Origin: a virus
Taxonomy: Duplodnaviria > Caudoviricetes
Virus record (IMG/VR): IMGVR_UViG_3300037462_000280
Location: 1 to 57,835 of that record
Direction: 5' to 3' (one strand)
Length of the DNA: 57,835 nucleotides
Shown here: one piece after another, positions 1 to 8,575 of the stretch
Layout of the letters: every line of letters begins with the position of its first letter
How positions within the stretch are numbered: position 1 is the first letter of the stretch
Notes under the pieces: generated by a model
Told to the model about the DNA's origin: nothing
Database searches by the model: none
What the model saw: only the letters and a program-made list of their open reading frames with translations
Translations under genes and position numbers: made by a program

Positions 1-127
1 AGAACGGGACATCTTCAAACTCATCTCTCTCGACCGCGCTCTCACGCTTCTCACCACCCCCAATGAACTGCACCGTACTCGCACGAATGCCCAAAGACGC
101 CTGCGCCTCCCCAGACTTGCTCACATA
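1..127. repeat. Terminal direct repeat (assembly overlap), identical to 57709-57835; circular genome
   Basis: First 127 nt match the last 127 nt exactly; the ssb ORF continues across the join. Confidence 0.97.
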
Positions 128-373
128 CGCCGACACGCTCACCTCCCCAACCACCAATACCTGCCGCCCCTTGCTCAGGTAACGCGCACTCGCCTCGGCA
201 CCCTTACCCCACTGCGTCACCTTGAACCACGTCGTTTCCTCACGCTTCTCCCCACCGCTCGTCGTCCACTTGCGGCTCACCGCCACGCTGAACTCACACA
301 GCTTCGTACCGCCAACCTCTTTCAACTCTGGTTCCTTGCCGACATTCCCGACAATCGTGATTTGCTGATACAT
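1..373 (-). CDS. ssb: Single-stranded DNA-binding protein (124 aa; stop codon wraps to 57707-57709)
   Basis: Manual translation, absent from ORF track: MYQQITIVGNVGKEPELKEVGGTKLCEFSVAVSRKW...EETTWFKVTQWGK...LSKGRQVLVVGEV...acidic tail EFEDVPF. Confidence 0.95.
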   Translation of the reverse strand, partial: MYQQITIVGNVGKEPELKEVGGTKLCEFSVAVSRKWTTSGGEKREETTWFKVTQWGKGAEASARYLSKGRQVLVVGEVSVSAYVSKSGEAQASLGIRASTVQFIGGGEKRESAVERDEFEDVPF

Positions 374-549
374 CACTTCACCTCTTCCCGCGCCTTGCGC
401 TTCTCAACCAAAACCACACCCTTACGCCGCTCAAACACCCGCTCCAGCGCTACCCACAACCCACGCTTCACCCGCCCCTCAGGCAACCCCTTCACCAAAC
501 CCATCGTCTCGACCAACATCTTCCCAAACTCAGAATGCTTGTTCTTCAC
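373..549 (-). CDS. Small hypothetical protein (58 aa)
   Basis: GTG start overlaps the upstream stop; its TGA overlaps the ssb ATG (TGATG coupling). Confidence 0.6.
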   Translation of the reverse strand: MKNKHSEFGKMLVETMGLVKGLPEGRVKRGLWVALERVFERRKGVVLVEKRKAREEVK

Positions 550-962
550 CGCACTTCCTCCCCGATACGCCGACTGAACACCAAAAACACCGTGTCATCC
601 CTCACCATCGTACCGTGCAAACGCTCCCAGTACGCCCCAGTCTGAGCATCCTTACTCAGAACAGCATACACCCCTCTTGAAACACCCTTCCCCTCAATCT
701 CGCAACCTGCCCAAATCGTCATGCCATCGCTTACCGCCTCGTCAGGCTTTGCCTCCATCACTTGCACTTCACCTACCGTAACCCCACCCTTCAGACACAA
801 ATACATGTCACCTAGCTTCACTATCTTGTCATTCACATCAGAATCATGGAACGCCGTCGCGCATCGCTTCGCCTCCATCTCAGCCTTCTCCCGTTCAAGG
901 TAAAACCCCATGCTCATCTTAAACCCACTACCCTCAAACGCCAGCACACTCACAACGTACAT
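546..962 (-). CDS. Hypothetical protein
   Basis: RBS GAGGGGAG upstream; fits the leftward operon. Confidence 0.75.
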   Translation of the reverse strand: MYVVSVLAFEGSGFKMSMGFYLEREKAEMEAKRCATAFHDSDVNDKIVKLGDMYLCLKGGVTVGEVQVMEAKPDEAVSDGMTIWAGCEIEGKGVSRGVYAVLSKDAQTGAYWERLHGTMVRDDTVFLVFSRRIGEEVR

Positions 963-1025
963 CCCGTTCTCCCCTCAGCCTACACAAATAGGCAACTTTT
1001 GACCCTTTACCAGACGAACCATTGC

Positions 1026-1037
1026 ATTATACCACAC
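1026..1037 (-). promoter_or_regulatory. Extended -10 promoter GTGTGGTATAAT
   Basis: TGnTATAAT; the same motif recurs at 2190(-), 14505(+), 26541(+), 55037(-). Confidence 0.6.
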
Positions 1038-2149
1038 TACAAAAGCATCGGCTGTGTCACTTTCATCCCTTCTACCAAAAACTTCCTGATGTTCTGCCCG
1101 CTAAACCACACCAACTCATCATACGCAATCGTGTAGTTCAGTATGGAACATTCGATGTTCCATACCCCACCATCAAACACCATCCCATTCTGTGCATTCC
1201 GCTCGTGCACATTGTAATCCACCGACAAAACCTGCGCCCCTATCCCTCTCATCTTCACAATCAAATCCAACTGCGCCTTCGGGTTCCCCCCCAGCAAATG
1301 CACCCGACGACCACGCAACTGCTCAAGTGGCGGCACATATCCCGCATAACTGCTCGGCACACTCACCGCAACAATGCAATCCCGAGGAATGTCCTGTATC
1401 GCACCTTCAAACTTCGGCACAACCCCAATCCGCAAAACCCCCAACCCACGCAACATCTCTATCTCGCGCAACATCTCCTCTCTTTGCTCTGCACGCTCAT
1501 AATCCCGTACCATCGCAAACACAGGACGATACTTCTGCACAAGCGGAATAAAACGCCTCTCATACTCCTCAGTCGTGCTCAACTTTTTCCAGTCACAATC
1601 CAACATAAACGGCCAGTCCCGCGCACCCTCACTCGAGCGCGTCCCATACGCCATCCCAGAATACCCCGCCCACGCCGGCACCTTCCGATTACTCCCCTGA
1701 CAATGTATCGCCAACAACCTCATCTCCCATACATTCAACGGGCGCTTATGCCCATCCTCCACACCCACCATCTCAAACCCCAAACCCGCATAAAACATGT
1801 TCGACCCCACCATGTCAGCAGGGCACTTCAACCGCACCGGCGTCGGCACCGCATACACCAACGAACGGCCTATCCCAACCCCCTTATACCCACGCCTCAC
1901 CGCCACCTCATATATCGTATTCCACCCATCCTTCCGACCATACCAACTCACAAACCCCACAACCTCCCCATCTACCTCACAAACCAACAACTCCCCACGC
2001 CTCGCTGCCTCACGCAACGACGCCAAATTCACAAACCCAAACGCCTCAGCATTCTCCCTCACTATCCCCTGACACACCTCAGCATCCCCAACCAACCCAT
2101 AACGCAACTGCCGCCTCACCCAATAACACTCCAACGGCTTCTTCTTCAT
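1037..2149 (-). CDS. GNAT acetyltransferase fused to a TGT-like (DUF6610-like) domain
   Basis: N-terminal GNAT motifs (VCEVDGEVVGF, IYEVAV, YKGVGIGRSL, SNMFYAGLGF); C-terminal MLDCDW, VVPK, SVPSSY, RRVHLLGG, SVD; ATG 2149 after GAAGGGGGAG. Confidence 0.7.
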   Translation of the reverse strand: MKKKPLECYWVRRQLRYGLVGDAEVCQGIVRENAEAFGFVNLASLREAARRGELLVCEVDGEVVGFVSWYGRKDGWNTIYEVAVRRGYKGVGIGRSLVYAVPTPVRLKCPADMVGSNMFYAGLGFEMVGVEDGHKRPLNVWEMRLLAIHCQGSNRKVPAWAGYSGMAYGTRSSEGARDWPFMLDCDWKKLSTTEEYERRFIPLVQKYRPVFAMVRDYERAEQREEMLREIEMLRGLGVLRIGVVPKFEGAIQDIPRDCIVAVSVPSSYAGYVPPLEQLRGRRVHLLGGNPKAQLDLIVKMRGIGAQVLSVDYNVHERNAQNGMVFDGGVWNIECSILNYTIAYDELVWFSGQNIRKFLVEGMKVTQPMLL

Positions 2150-2189
2150 CACAACTCCCCCTTCAATCACTCATTACCCCAATCAATCC

Positions 2190-2201
2190 ATAGTACCACA
2201 C
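2190..2201 (-). promoter_or_regulatory. Extended -10 promoter for the leftward operon (GTGTGGTACTAT)
   Basis: Matches the recurring motif; lies ~40 nt upstream of the ORF start. Confidence 0.5.
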
Positions 2202-2546
2202 TTTAACAAAATCTGGGGCGGCTGAAACCCAAATTTTTCGCAGGGGGGACAATACGCGGCGGGGCTGGCTTTTCGCTAAAATGCAGAAACCCTGTCCCGA
2301 CGATGTTACAATCCTCTCATCCTCGGTTGCTGCTCAATGGCGAGGCTGGCTAGGCCATATCGCTATGCTAGGTATCAATCCACAATCGCCACAATCGCGC
2401 TAGGATAGGCCTAATTTGGACGCTAGGGGGTGCTACGGCACAATCTACCGCAAACGCGCCTAACCCGCTTAAATCGCGTGTTTGGGGCGTGTTTTGATAT
2501 TGCACCCCAATAATTGGGGGTCGGCAGACAATTGTGTTTTTGGCGC

Positions 2547-2576
2547 TTGACACATTTTCGGATTAGGCGTTATGAT
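2547..2576 (+). promoter_or_regulatory. Sigma70-type early promoter
   Basis: TTGACA-18 nt-TATGAT. Confidence 0.7.
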
Positions 2577-2582
2577 GGTGGT

Positions 2583-3033
2583 ATCAAGCGAGGACACAAG
2601 GGAGGGCACGGCAAGGCGGGACGGTAGCCACGTCCGATAGGCGGGATAGGCAAGCCAAGGTCAGAATAAATACACGTGCGGGACTCATATGTGCAGCGCG
2701 GGGACAGGTGGCAATAGCCACTAAGCCGCGGTACGTGCAGCATGGGATGGAATACGTGCGCCGCGAGGTTGACTGGCGGACACGGGCAACGCGCCTGACT
2801 TGAAACAGAGTCGGGGTACGTGGGCATAAGACTGTGCAAATGCGCTGACGCGGCGCTAGGCTTGCTAGAATCTCTGGCACCTTAACATATCGTCATGGGT
2901 GGAACCCGCTTGCCTGCTGGGCTTGCGCTGGACACGACGCATACGGGGCTACGTTTGCCTCGCACGATTGAAAAAACGTACAAGCGCGTGCCTAAGCACG
3001 CAAAGTCGAAACACGCCCATACGTGGGCGTGTA
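2583..3033 (+). ncRNA. Putative ~450-nt structured non-coding RNA
   Basis: No credible ORF; many GU-containing hairpins, a candidate pseudoknot; bounded by a promoter and a hammerhead cleavage site. Confidence 0.6.
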
Positions 3034-3072
3034 TGCGTGAGTTGGCTACTCACGTGCTGATGAGACAAGCCA
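3005..3072 (+). ncRNA. Type II hammerhead self-cleaving ribozyme (cleaves after GUA, 3033)
   Basis: GUC-GAAA-CACGCCCA(UACG)UGGGCGUG-UA-UGCGUGAGU(UGGCU)ACUCACGUG-CUGAUGA-GAC, then AGCCA complementary to loop I. Confidence 0.92.
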
Positions 3073-3094
3073 CACCACTAGGGGACAAACAACC

Positions 3095-3361
3095 ATGAGC
3101 ATCTTGACCAAACTGCAAGCTATCCGCAACCAACAAGCCAACGAACGCAACCAACAAACGATTGAACGGGTTTTCCCGCGCTTGCAAGCGCGCTACGCCG
3201 CGGCCATCAATCGGCGTGACGTGTTGGCCGCCGAATTGCAATACAGCCGTGACGCGGCCACCCGCCGCGATTACGCCGCCGCGTGCGCAGAAGTGGCCGC
3301 GTGCGAGGCTATCGCCGCTCGTCTGGACAATCTGGACATGTCGGCAATTGCGGAAGTCTAG
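3095..3361 (+). CDS. Hypothetical helical protein, first early gene
   Basis: RBS AGGGGA, ATG. Confidence 0.7.
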   Translation: MSILTKLQAIRNQQANERNQQTIERVFPRLQARYAAAINRRDVLAAELQYSRDAATRRDYAAACAEVAACEAIAARLDNLDMSAIAEV

Positions 3362-3574
3362 TCCGCTGATTGAAGAAACTTCACACTGGTTAACTTTGCG
3401 GTTTGACCAGTGTGAAGTTAACCACGGTTAAAAGTAGGCACGTGTCGCTTAGTCGCATATGCGGGTAAGCGGGATTTTCAGGCTTAAAGTTTAGGATAAG
3501 CCTAGCTTATGTCAGTTGTCATAAGTTTGGCTTATGGATAAGCTATAAGCAAAACCGATAGAAGGGGTGATGAG

Positions 3575-3850
3575 ATGAGCGATAACAAGCCAGTGGGTTA
3601 TTGGGATTTTCAGGTTGATTTAGGGGATGGGCGCGCTACCACGGTTATCACGGAGGTATCGCCCGATGAGTTCACCTATGGGGATTGGGCGCGTTTGGTG
3701 GCTTGGCGTGCTACCAATCATGGGGAAACTGTGACGTATCACAAGCGCTCATTCCCAGATGGGATTGAGAAGAAGGTAGCGCTTGGGCGCGCCTTGCGCG
3801 TGCGTTGGGCGTATCGGCATGGGGGGTGTGAGCGTCATGAGCGGGTTTGA
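3575..3850 (+). CDS. Hypothetical protein
   Basis: RBS AAGGGGTG. Confidence 0.7.
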   Translation: MSDNKPVGYWDFQVDLGDGRATTVITEVSPDEFTYGDWARLVAWRATNHGETVTYHKRSFPDGIEKKVALGRALRVRWAYRHGGCERHERV

Positions 3851-4085
3851 GGTTGAATTGGGCGGGTTGTTAGGGGCGATAGTGGGTGGCGTGTTGGTGT
3901 CTGCACCGCTACCGCTGATCTTGTGGGCGTTGGGTTGGGCATTCGGCAAGCCTAAGGGTAAGGGGGATGATAGCGCGCCTGTTGTGAGCGAGCGGGTTAT
4001 GAATCGGCGGCTTAAGGCGTTGGAGGCTAAGGCGCGCCAAATTGAGAATGAGCGTGACGCTGAGTATGGGCGTCGGGCGCGGTAG
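3837..4085 (+). CDS. Small membrane protein with coiled tail
   Basis: Hydrophobic N-terminus GGLLGAIVGGVLVSAPLPLILWALGW. Confidence 0.7.
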   Translation: MSGFEVELGGLLGAIVGGVLVSAPLPLILWALGWAFGKPKGKGDDSAPVVSERVMNRRLKALEAKARQIENERDAEYGRRAR

Positions 4086-4178
4086 GTTTGCCGTAGCGTG
4101 TGGCTATCTCATCCCAGATAGCCACACCATAGGGCAATTCTGCGTGTGCAGAATGTTTAGAAGTGAAGTGAGGGTGTC

Positions 4179-4490
4179 ATGGGCGCTATGGTGTCTTTGG
4201 GTTATTGTGAGGGTAAGTCTTTTGAGGAAGTGGAGGCCTTACAAGATAAGTGGTCAGACAAGCGCGCCTACTATTTCGACAAAGCGATGGTGAAGTTAAG
4301 CGGCGCTTGCATTTGGCGCAAGCGGGAGGGCTTATGTGAGCGTTTGGCGCGTTTGGAATTGACGTTAGAATCGTGTTGGGGGGATTTGTATTTCTCTGGC
4401 TATTTTGAGATGGACGACAAGCCCACCTATACCCTTGCCTTGCGTGCGGAGATGTACGAATCGTACATCCAACCCCCTACACCCCTTTAG
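4179..4490 (+). CDS. Hypothetical protein
   Basis: RBS GAGGGTG; follows hairpin element. Confidence 0.7.
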   Translation: MGAMVSLGYCEGKSFEEVEALQDKWSDKRAYYFDKAMVKLSGACIWRKREGLCERLARLELTLESCWGDLYFSGYFEMDDKPTYTLALRAEMYESYIQPPTPL

Positions 4491-4570
4491 AATGACCCTA
4501 GCGCGCCCCTCACCCCTTAGGTGGGGGGCGTCATAGGGCAATTCTGCCTATTTAGAAGTGAAGGTGTGAC

Positions 4571-4972
4571 GTGAGCAAGATGACACAAAAGAACGCAATC
4601 GCCAAATTGAAGGCGATATATGGGGACAAGTTTATGGGCGCCTATGGGGGTGTGCGGGGGGTTTGTGTGGTTATTCGTGACCCTATCCCAGACCGCTACG
4701 TGCCGTGGGCGAAAATTGCTACCCTCACCATCACTGCAAAGTCTTGGGCGCGCCTATTGAAATTGGTTGCCAACGCGCCGGTCTATGGGGAGATGGGGTG
4801 GGTGTGGGCGTCGGAAGATGCACGAGAAGTGTTTCTTAATGAACAATGGGCGCGTCAAGTCTGGTCAGATTTAGCGCAAGACGCACTGTACGCACACGGC
4901 AAGATGACGACAACGCGCCTCCCCGCCCCGTGCGCGCACGCTGAAATTTCAATGTACTCTGACCCCCGCTAA
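4571..4972 (+). CDS. Hypothetical protein
   Basis: RBS GAAGGTG, GTG start. Confidence 0.7.
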   Translation: MSKMTQKNAIAKLKAIYGDKFMGAYGGVRGVCVVIRDPIPDRYVPWAKIATLTITAKSWARLLKLVANAPVYGEMGWVWASEDAREVFLNEQWARQVWSDLAQDALYAHGKMTTTRLPAPCAHAEISMYSDPR

Positions 4973-5070
4973 CCCTCAACTGCGCCGCTCACACCCTCCG
5001 GTGTGGGCGGTTGAGTTGGCGATTAGCCACCCGTGCCGCGCCGGTTCTGCGCGGGCAGAAGGAGTCTGTT

Positions 5071-5547
5071 ATGCCTAAGCGAGTGACCCTCAAGCATGTT
5101 GAGGACGTGTTTCGTAATGGTGTGTGGGGAGGGTTCCTCATGCCCGCGGGCTACACCCCCGAACACTTTGTGTTCTTCCATGTGAACGGCATGTGCGCGC
5201 TAGACATGCGTTTGTTGGGGGGAAGTTCCCGAATCGACTTAGCGCGGGGCACGGCGCGGGAATTGTTGGGGGCGGTGCAGAACCCTGACACGTTCGCGAA
5301 AGCCCAACAGTGGGCGTGGGAGAAAGAAGTTGAGGTTGAGAATGAGGTTATCGGCCAACGAATCGGGTTTGCTGAAACCTTCCCCCACTACACGGGGCAA
5401 TTGGAAGTCATCCAAGATCCGAACGCGGCGGAGGGCAAGACCGCGTACCGCTTGACGTGCGAGCGCCGGTTCATGTCGGGTTTTGCCCTCAAGCTTGAGG
5501 TACAATCGCCTTGCCTGTCCGAGATTATCCCGCATATGCCCCGCTAA
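5071..5547 (+). CDS. Hypothetical protein
   Basis: RBS AAGGAG before ATG 5071. Confidence 0.75.
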   Translation: MPKRVTLKHVEDVFRNGVWGGFLMPAGYTPEHFVFFHVNGMCALDMRLLGGSSRIDLARGTARELLGAVQNPDTFAKAQQWAWEKEVEVENEVIGQRIGFAETFPHYTGQLEVIQDPNAAEGKTAYRLTCERRFMSGFALKLEVQSPCLSEIIPHMPR

Positions 5548-5630
5548 CCCTCACCCTGCTACGCCCTATATCATAGGGCGTAGTGCGGTGGTGATTAGTT
5601 TAGCCACTAGGCAAAACAACGGAGGTGCCT

Positions 5631-6107
5631 ATGACACACAAAGAACAATTTGAAGCCGCCCTCTACGCAGAATTGCAGAGGCAGGATAACGGGGGTGAAT
5701 TAGGGGTATACAATGCGTTTTGGACTAAAGAAGACCAGCGACATTTTGACTGGAGGCAATCCATCCGAGACGATCTTCACGCCCGCCTGAAGAAGAAGAA
5801 AAACGGGTGCATTATTGAAATCCCAACCCATGACGCGGATATGATTCGGCCAAATGGGAGTGTGAGGTTTCAATATCGGGATAGAAAATCAGAGGTGCGA
5901 AAGTACACGCCCGAATCAATTGCACGCTACGGGGTCGAACATGGGGTGAAGCGGGTTAGTGTTCTGCGTTGGGTTCAAGACACCGATGGGATAATGTGCG
6001 TAACGTCGGAAACATGGGAGATTCAGGGGGATAAAGCGGTTAAGTGGGTCTATCGCCCAAACGACACAACCCCTAAGAAAAAGAAAGGGCGTAACATTAA
6101 ACGCTAA
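5631..6107 (+). CDS. Hypothetical protein, basic C-terminus
   Basis: RBS GGAGGT. Confidence 0.75.
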   Translation: MTHKEQFEAALYAELQRQDNGGELGVYNAFWTKEDQRHFDWRQSIRDDLHARLKKKKNGCIIEIPTHDADMIRPNGSVRFQYRDRKSEVRKYTPESIARYGVEHGVKRVSVLRWVQDTDGIMCVTSETWEIQGDKAVKWVYRPNDTTPKKKKGRNIKR

Positions 6108-6194
6108 CCCTCACCCTGTAACCCTCTATAGTCTATATAGAGGGTTGTGCGGTGGTGTTTAGCCACTGATACGCATGTGAGCATGGAGGCTAAA

Positions 6195-8048
6195 ATGCGT
6201 GGTGAAGTTTTAGAGGATTCTCTGAGCGCGGGGATTAAAGCGCTCAAGAAAAACCTCGCCTCGGCGGGTGCGAAAACCGCCAAAGACCAACGGGACATCC
6301 CTGTTACCCTGTCGGTCGGGACACGTTCAGACCTTTGGCTATCGGTGCAAAACCACCGTTTGGCCGTAACCCCTGTTCGAATCGCGTGCAATTGCCACAT
6401 GAGCGGCGCGGTGCAACTGCCCGCTGGGATTGTCACAGGGGTGTTTCTCAAGTCGCTTAAGGGGTTTGGGCGTGTAGAATTGGTGGCCGATATGGACACC
6501 CTCAATGTGATTGGTGTGGGGGGGGCAAAGTTCGCCCTCAACATCCAACGTGCCCCTGAACCCTCATTAGAGGCTGAACAGCCTGTGTGGGAGGCGATTA
6601 TCAGCAAGACCGACGCTAAGGCGCTTGCCGAATTGGTCGGGTTGGCAGATGAGAATGACTATACGCCCGCTATGCGTTGCGCGTATGTGTCGTGCGACGG
6701 TCAAATGCTGAAGGTGCAATTGGCCAACGGTTACACCCTCGGGGAGTACAGGCGCACATTTACGGGGCGTATACCTGAACTGCCTCGCGTTGCCCTGCTA
6801 CCGGTCAGCCTCGGGCAAGCCCTGCGGTCGGTCAAGACCGCAAAGTCGGCTTACGATGTCAATCTCAAGATGTTCAGCAATCGCTTAGAGGTGTGGCAAG
6901 ACAAGCGGCTAGGCGAATCGCCCATCGTGCAGGAAGTCAAATGCCCGTTTGACCCGCTCGACAACTATCGTCAATCGCCTGAAATTCAGGTATGGATGGA
7001 TGTCGATGACCTCATTACGGGGGTTGAACGTGCCGCGTGTGTGGCGCAGGGTGCTATCACCCTCAAGTTTTGCCCAAATGACCGTATGGTCATCGTTTCG
7101 GGGGAAAATGACAACGGTATCATGGAAACAGAGCGGGATGCGACATACGTATCTTGTGATTTGTCGAACCGCAAACCAACCATAACCCTCAACCTCAACA
7201 CCATGTTGGTAGCCCTGCGGGCAGTCAAACAGACCACCCGCACCGTGTTACTGCGGGTCGGGGATGGGTTCTTTCAAGACAAGGTGAGGTTTAGTGGGGA
7301 CGGCGCACACGTCATGATTTTGGCAATGAACCCTCCCGAACGTTCTGCCCGCGCAGAAACGCCCAACCCTGATGCTGAGATGCTAAGTCAATGGTGGTGG
7401 CAAAAGAGTGAGGCGGCGCGTCGTCGGGCACAAGCGCGGTCGGCAAGCAAGCCACCCACGATTGACCTGAATGTCAACATTCACGCCACCGGCCTGCTAC
7501 CACACGGGCAAGCCCTGTACAAGCTCGACTCTTTGGAGAAGTTGCAACAGTACGCTGAAAAGACTTGGGCAACGGCATCTCATTCGGAACGGGCTTGGGC
7601 GCTCAAGAAAATTTGGGAGCGCTTGCCCTCGGCGGCCAAAATTCGCGCCCAACACACCGCCCGCGTGCTCATCTCTCGCGCCACTGCGGATAAGCACCGT
7701 GACCGGATTGCAGAGTTGCACGTGCAAATGGGACATATGCGCCTGATGTGCCGAGAGATGCTTGAGAAACTGTTGCAAGCCAAGACAGACTGGCACCGGC
7801 TTGACGCTCTGTACGGCACTGCTATGGCAGTGGCTCGGATGGTAGAAAATGACGATGAGTTGCGCCCGCAGGGGTTGCAAGCCGTGCTTGCCGCACACGA
7901 CAACGTGAAGGCGGCCAAAAAGCTACTCGACATCGCCCTGAGTAATGCGCGCCGCTGGTTTGGGTACCTGCGCGAGATGCAAAATGAGATTGCAACCCTC
8001 ACGGAAAAGGTGCAAAGTCTTGAGAAAGTTGAGGTTGCGACGGCATAG
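6195..8048 (+). CDS. DNA polymerase III beta-clamp-like protein with ~230-aa helical C-terminal extension
   Basis: DnaN-like pattern (SGAVQLPA, LKVQLANGYTL, DDLITGVERA, ITLNLNTMLVAL, HVMILAM), then coiled coil; RBS GGAGG. Confidence 0.7.
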   Translation: MRGEVLEDSLSAGIKALKKNLASAGAKTAKDQRDIPVTLSVGTRSDLWLSVQNHRLAVTPVRIACNCHMSGAVQLPAGIVTGVFLKSLKGFGRVELVADMDTLNVIGVGGAKFALNIQRAPEPSLEAEQPVWEAIISKTDAKALAELVGLADENDYTPAMRCAYVSCDGQMLKVQLANGYTLGEYRRTFTGRIPELPRVALLPVSLGQALRSVKTAKSAYDVNLKMFSNRLEVWQDKRLGESPIVQEVKCPFDPLDNYRQSPEIQVWMDVDDLITGVERAACVAQGAITLKFCPNDRMVIVSGENDNGIMETERDATYVSCDLSNRKPTITLNLNTMLVALRAVKQTTRTVLLRVGDGFFQDKVRFSGDGAHVMILAMNPPERSARAETPNPDAEMLSQWWWQKSEAARRRAQARSASKPPTIDLNVNIHATGLLPHGQALYKLDSLEKLQQYAEKTWATASHSERAWALKKIWERLPSAAKIRAQHTARVLISRATADKHRDRIAELHVQMGHMRLMCREMLEKLLQAKTDWHRLDALYGTAMAVARMVENDDELRPQGLQAVLAAHDNVKAAKKLLDIALSNARRWFGYLREMQNEIATLTEKVQSLEKVEVATA

Positions 8049-8062
8049 AAGTATGCTATAAT
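8035..8062 (+). promoter_or_regulatory. Sigma70-type promoter
   Basis: TTGCGA-16 nt-TATAAT with TGn extension. Confidence 0.55.
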
Positions 8063-8155
8063 GTAATGAAGGCTTGACACTCTGTCAGCCCATCGCCGCG
8101 AGGGGGTGGGCTGAACGGGCAATCTAGCCCTTTAGCCATATGGAGGCTATCTGAA

Positions 8156-8485
8156 ATGGTCTTTGATGTGACCAATGCAATGCTCAACGCTATCCATTAT
8201 GCAACGCGGTTCCATGCCGAACACGAGCGAGGTTATATCATGCGCCTCGTAGGTTACGATTGGGGCGCTGGAACCGCGTTGGTAAAAGGAACCGGCGCGG
8301 TTGACTGGGTAAAAACCACTGATGGGAAGCTCATTTGGGCTGACCGCCCACAGGTCTGGATAAATGGCACAGACCTGATGCTATTGATAGCGTTGCAACC
8401 TGTCAAATGCGAGTGGCAGGGTGACTACGTTGTTTTCACCCGTAAGGACGGGGGCATCTTCAAAATCAAGAGTCGTAAGTCATAA
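8156..8485 (+). CDS. Hypothetical protein
   Basis: RBS GGAGG. Confidence 0.75.
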   Translation: MVFDVTNAMLNAIHYATRFHAEHERGYIMRLVGYDWGAGTALVKGTGAVDWVKTTDGKLIWADRPQVWINGTDLMLLIALQPVKCEWQGDYVVFTRKDGGIFKIKSRKS

Positions 8486-8575
8486 ACAGCCGCGCCGTTC
8501 GTACAGGGGTGTACGGGCGGTCGGGCTGGGGATGAACATTCGACAACCTCAGTACACGCCTAAAGGAGGCAATCA

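Noticed and set aside
1022-2206. 394-aa + strand ORF rich in His/Pro
   Set aside because: Antisense shadow of the GNAT fusion; the skew removes stop codons
2368-3241. Short ORFs over the leader region
   Set aside because: No RBS, atypical composition, and overlap with RNA structure and the hammerhead
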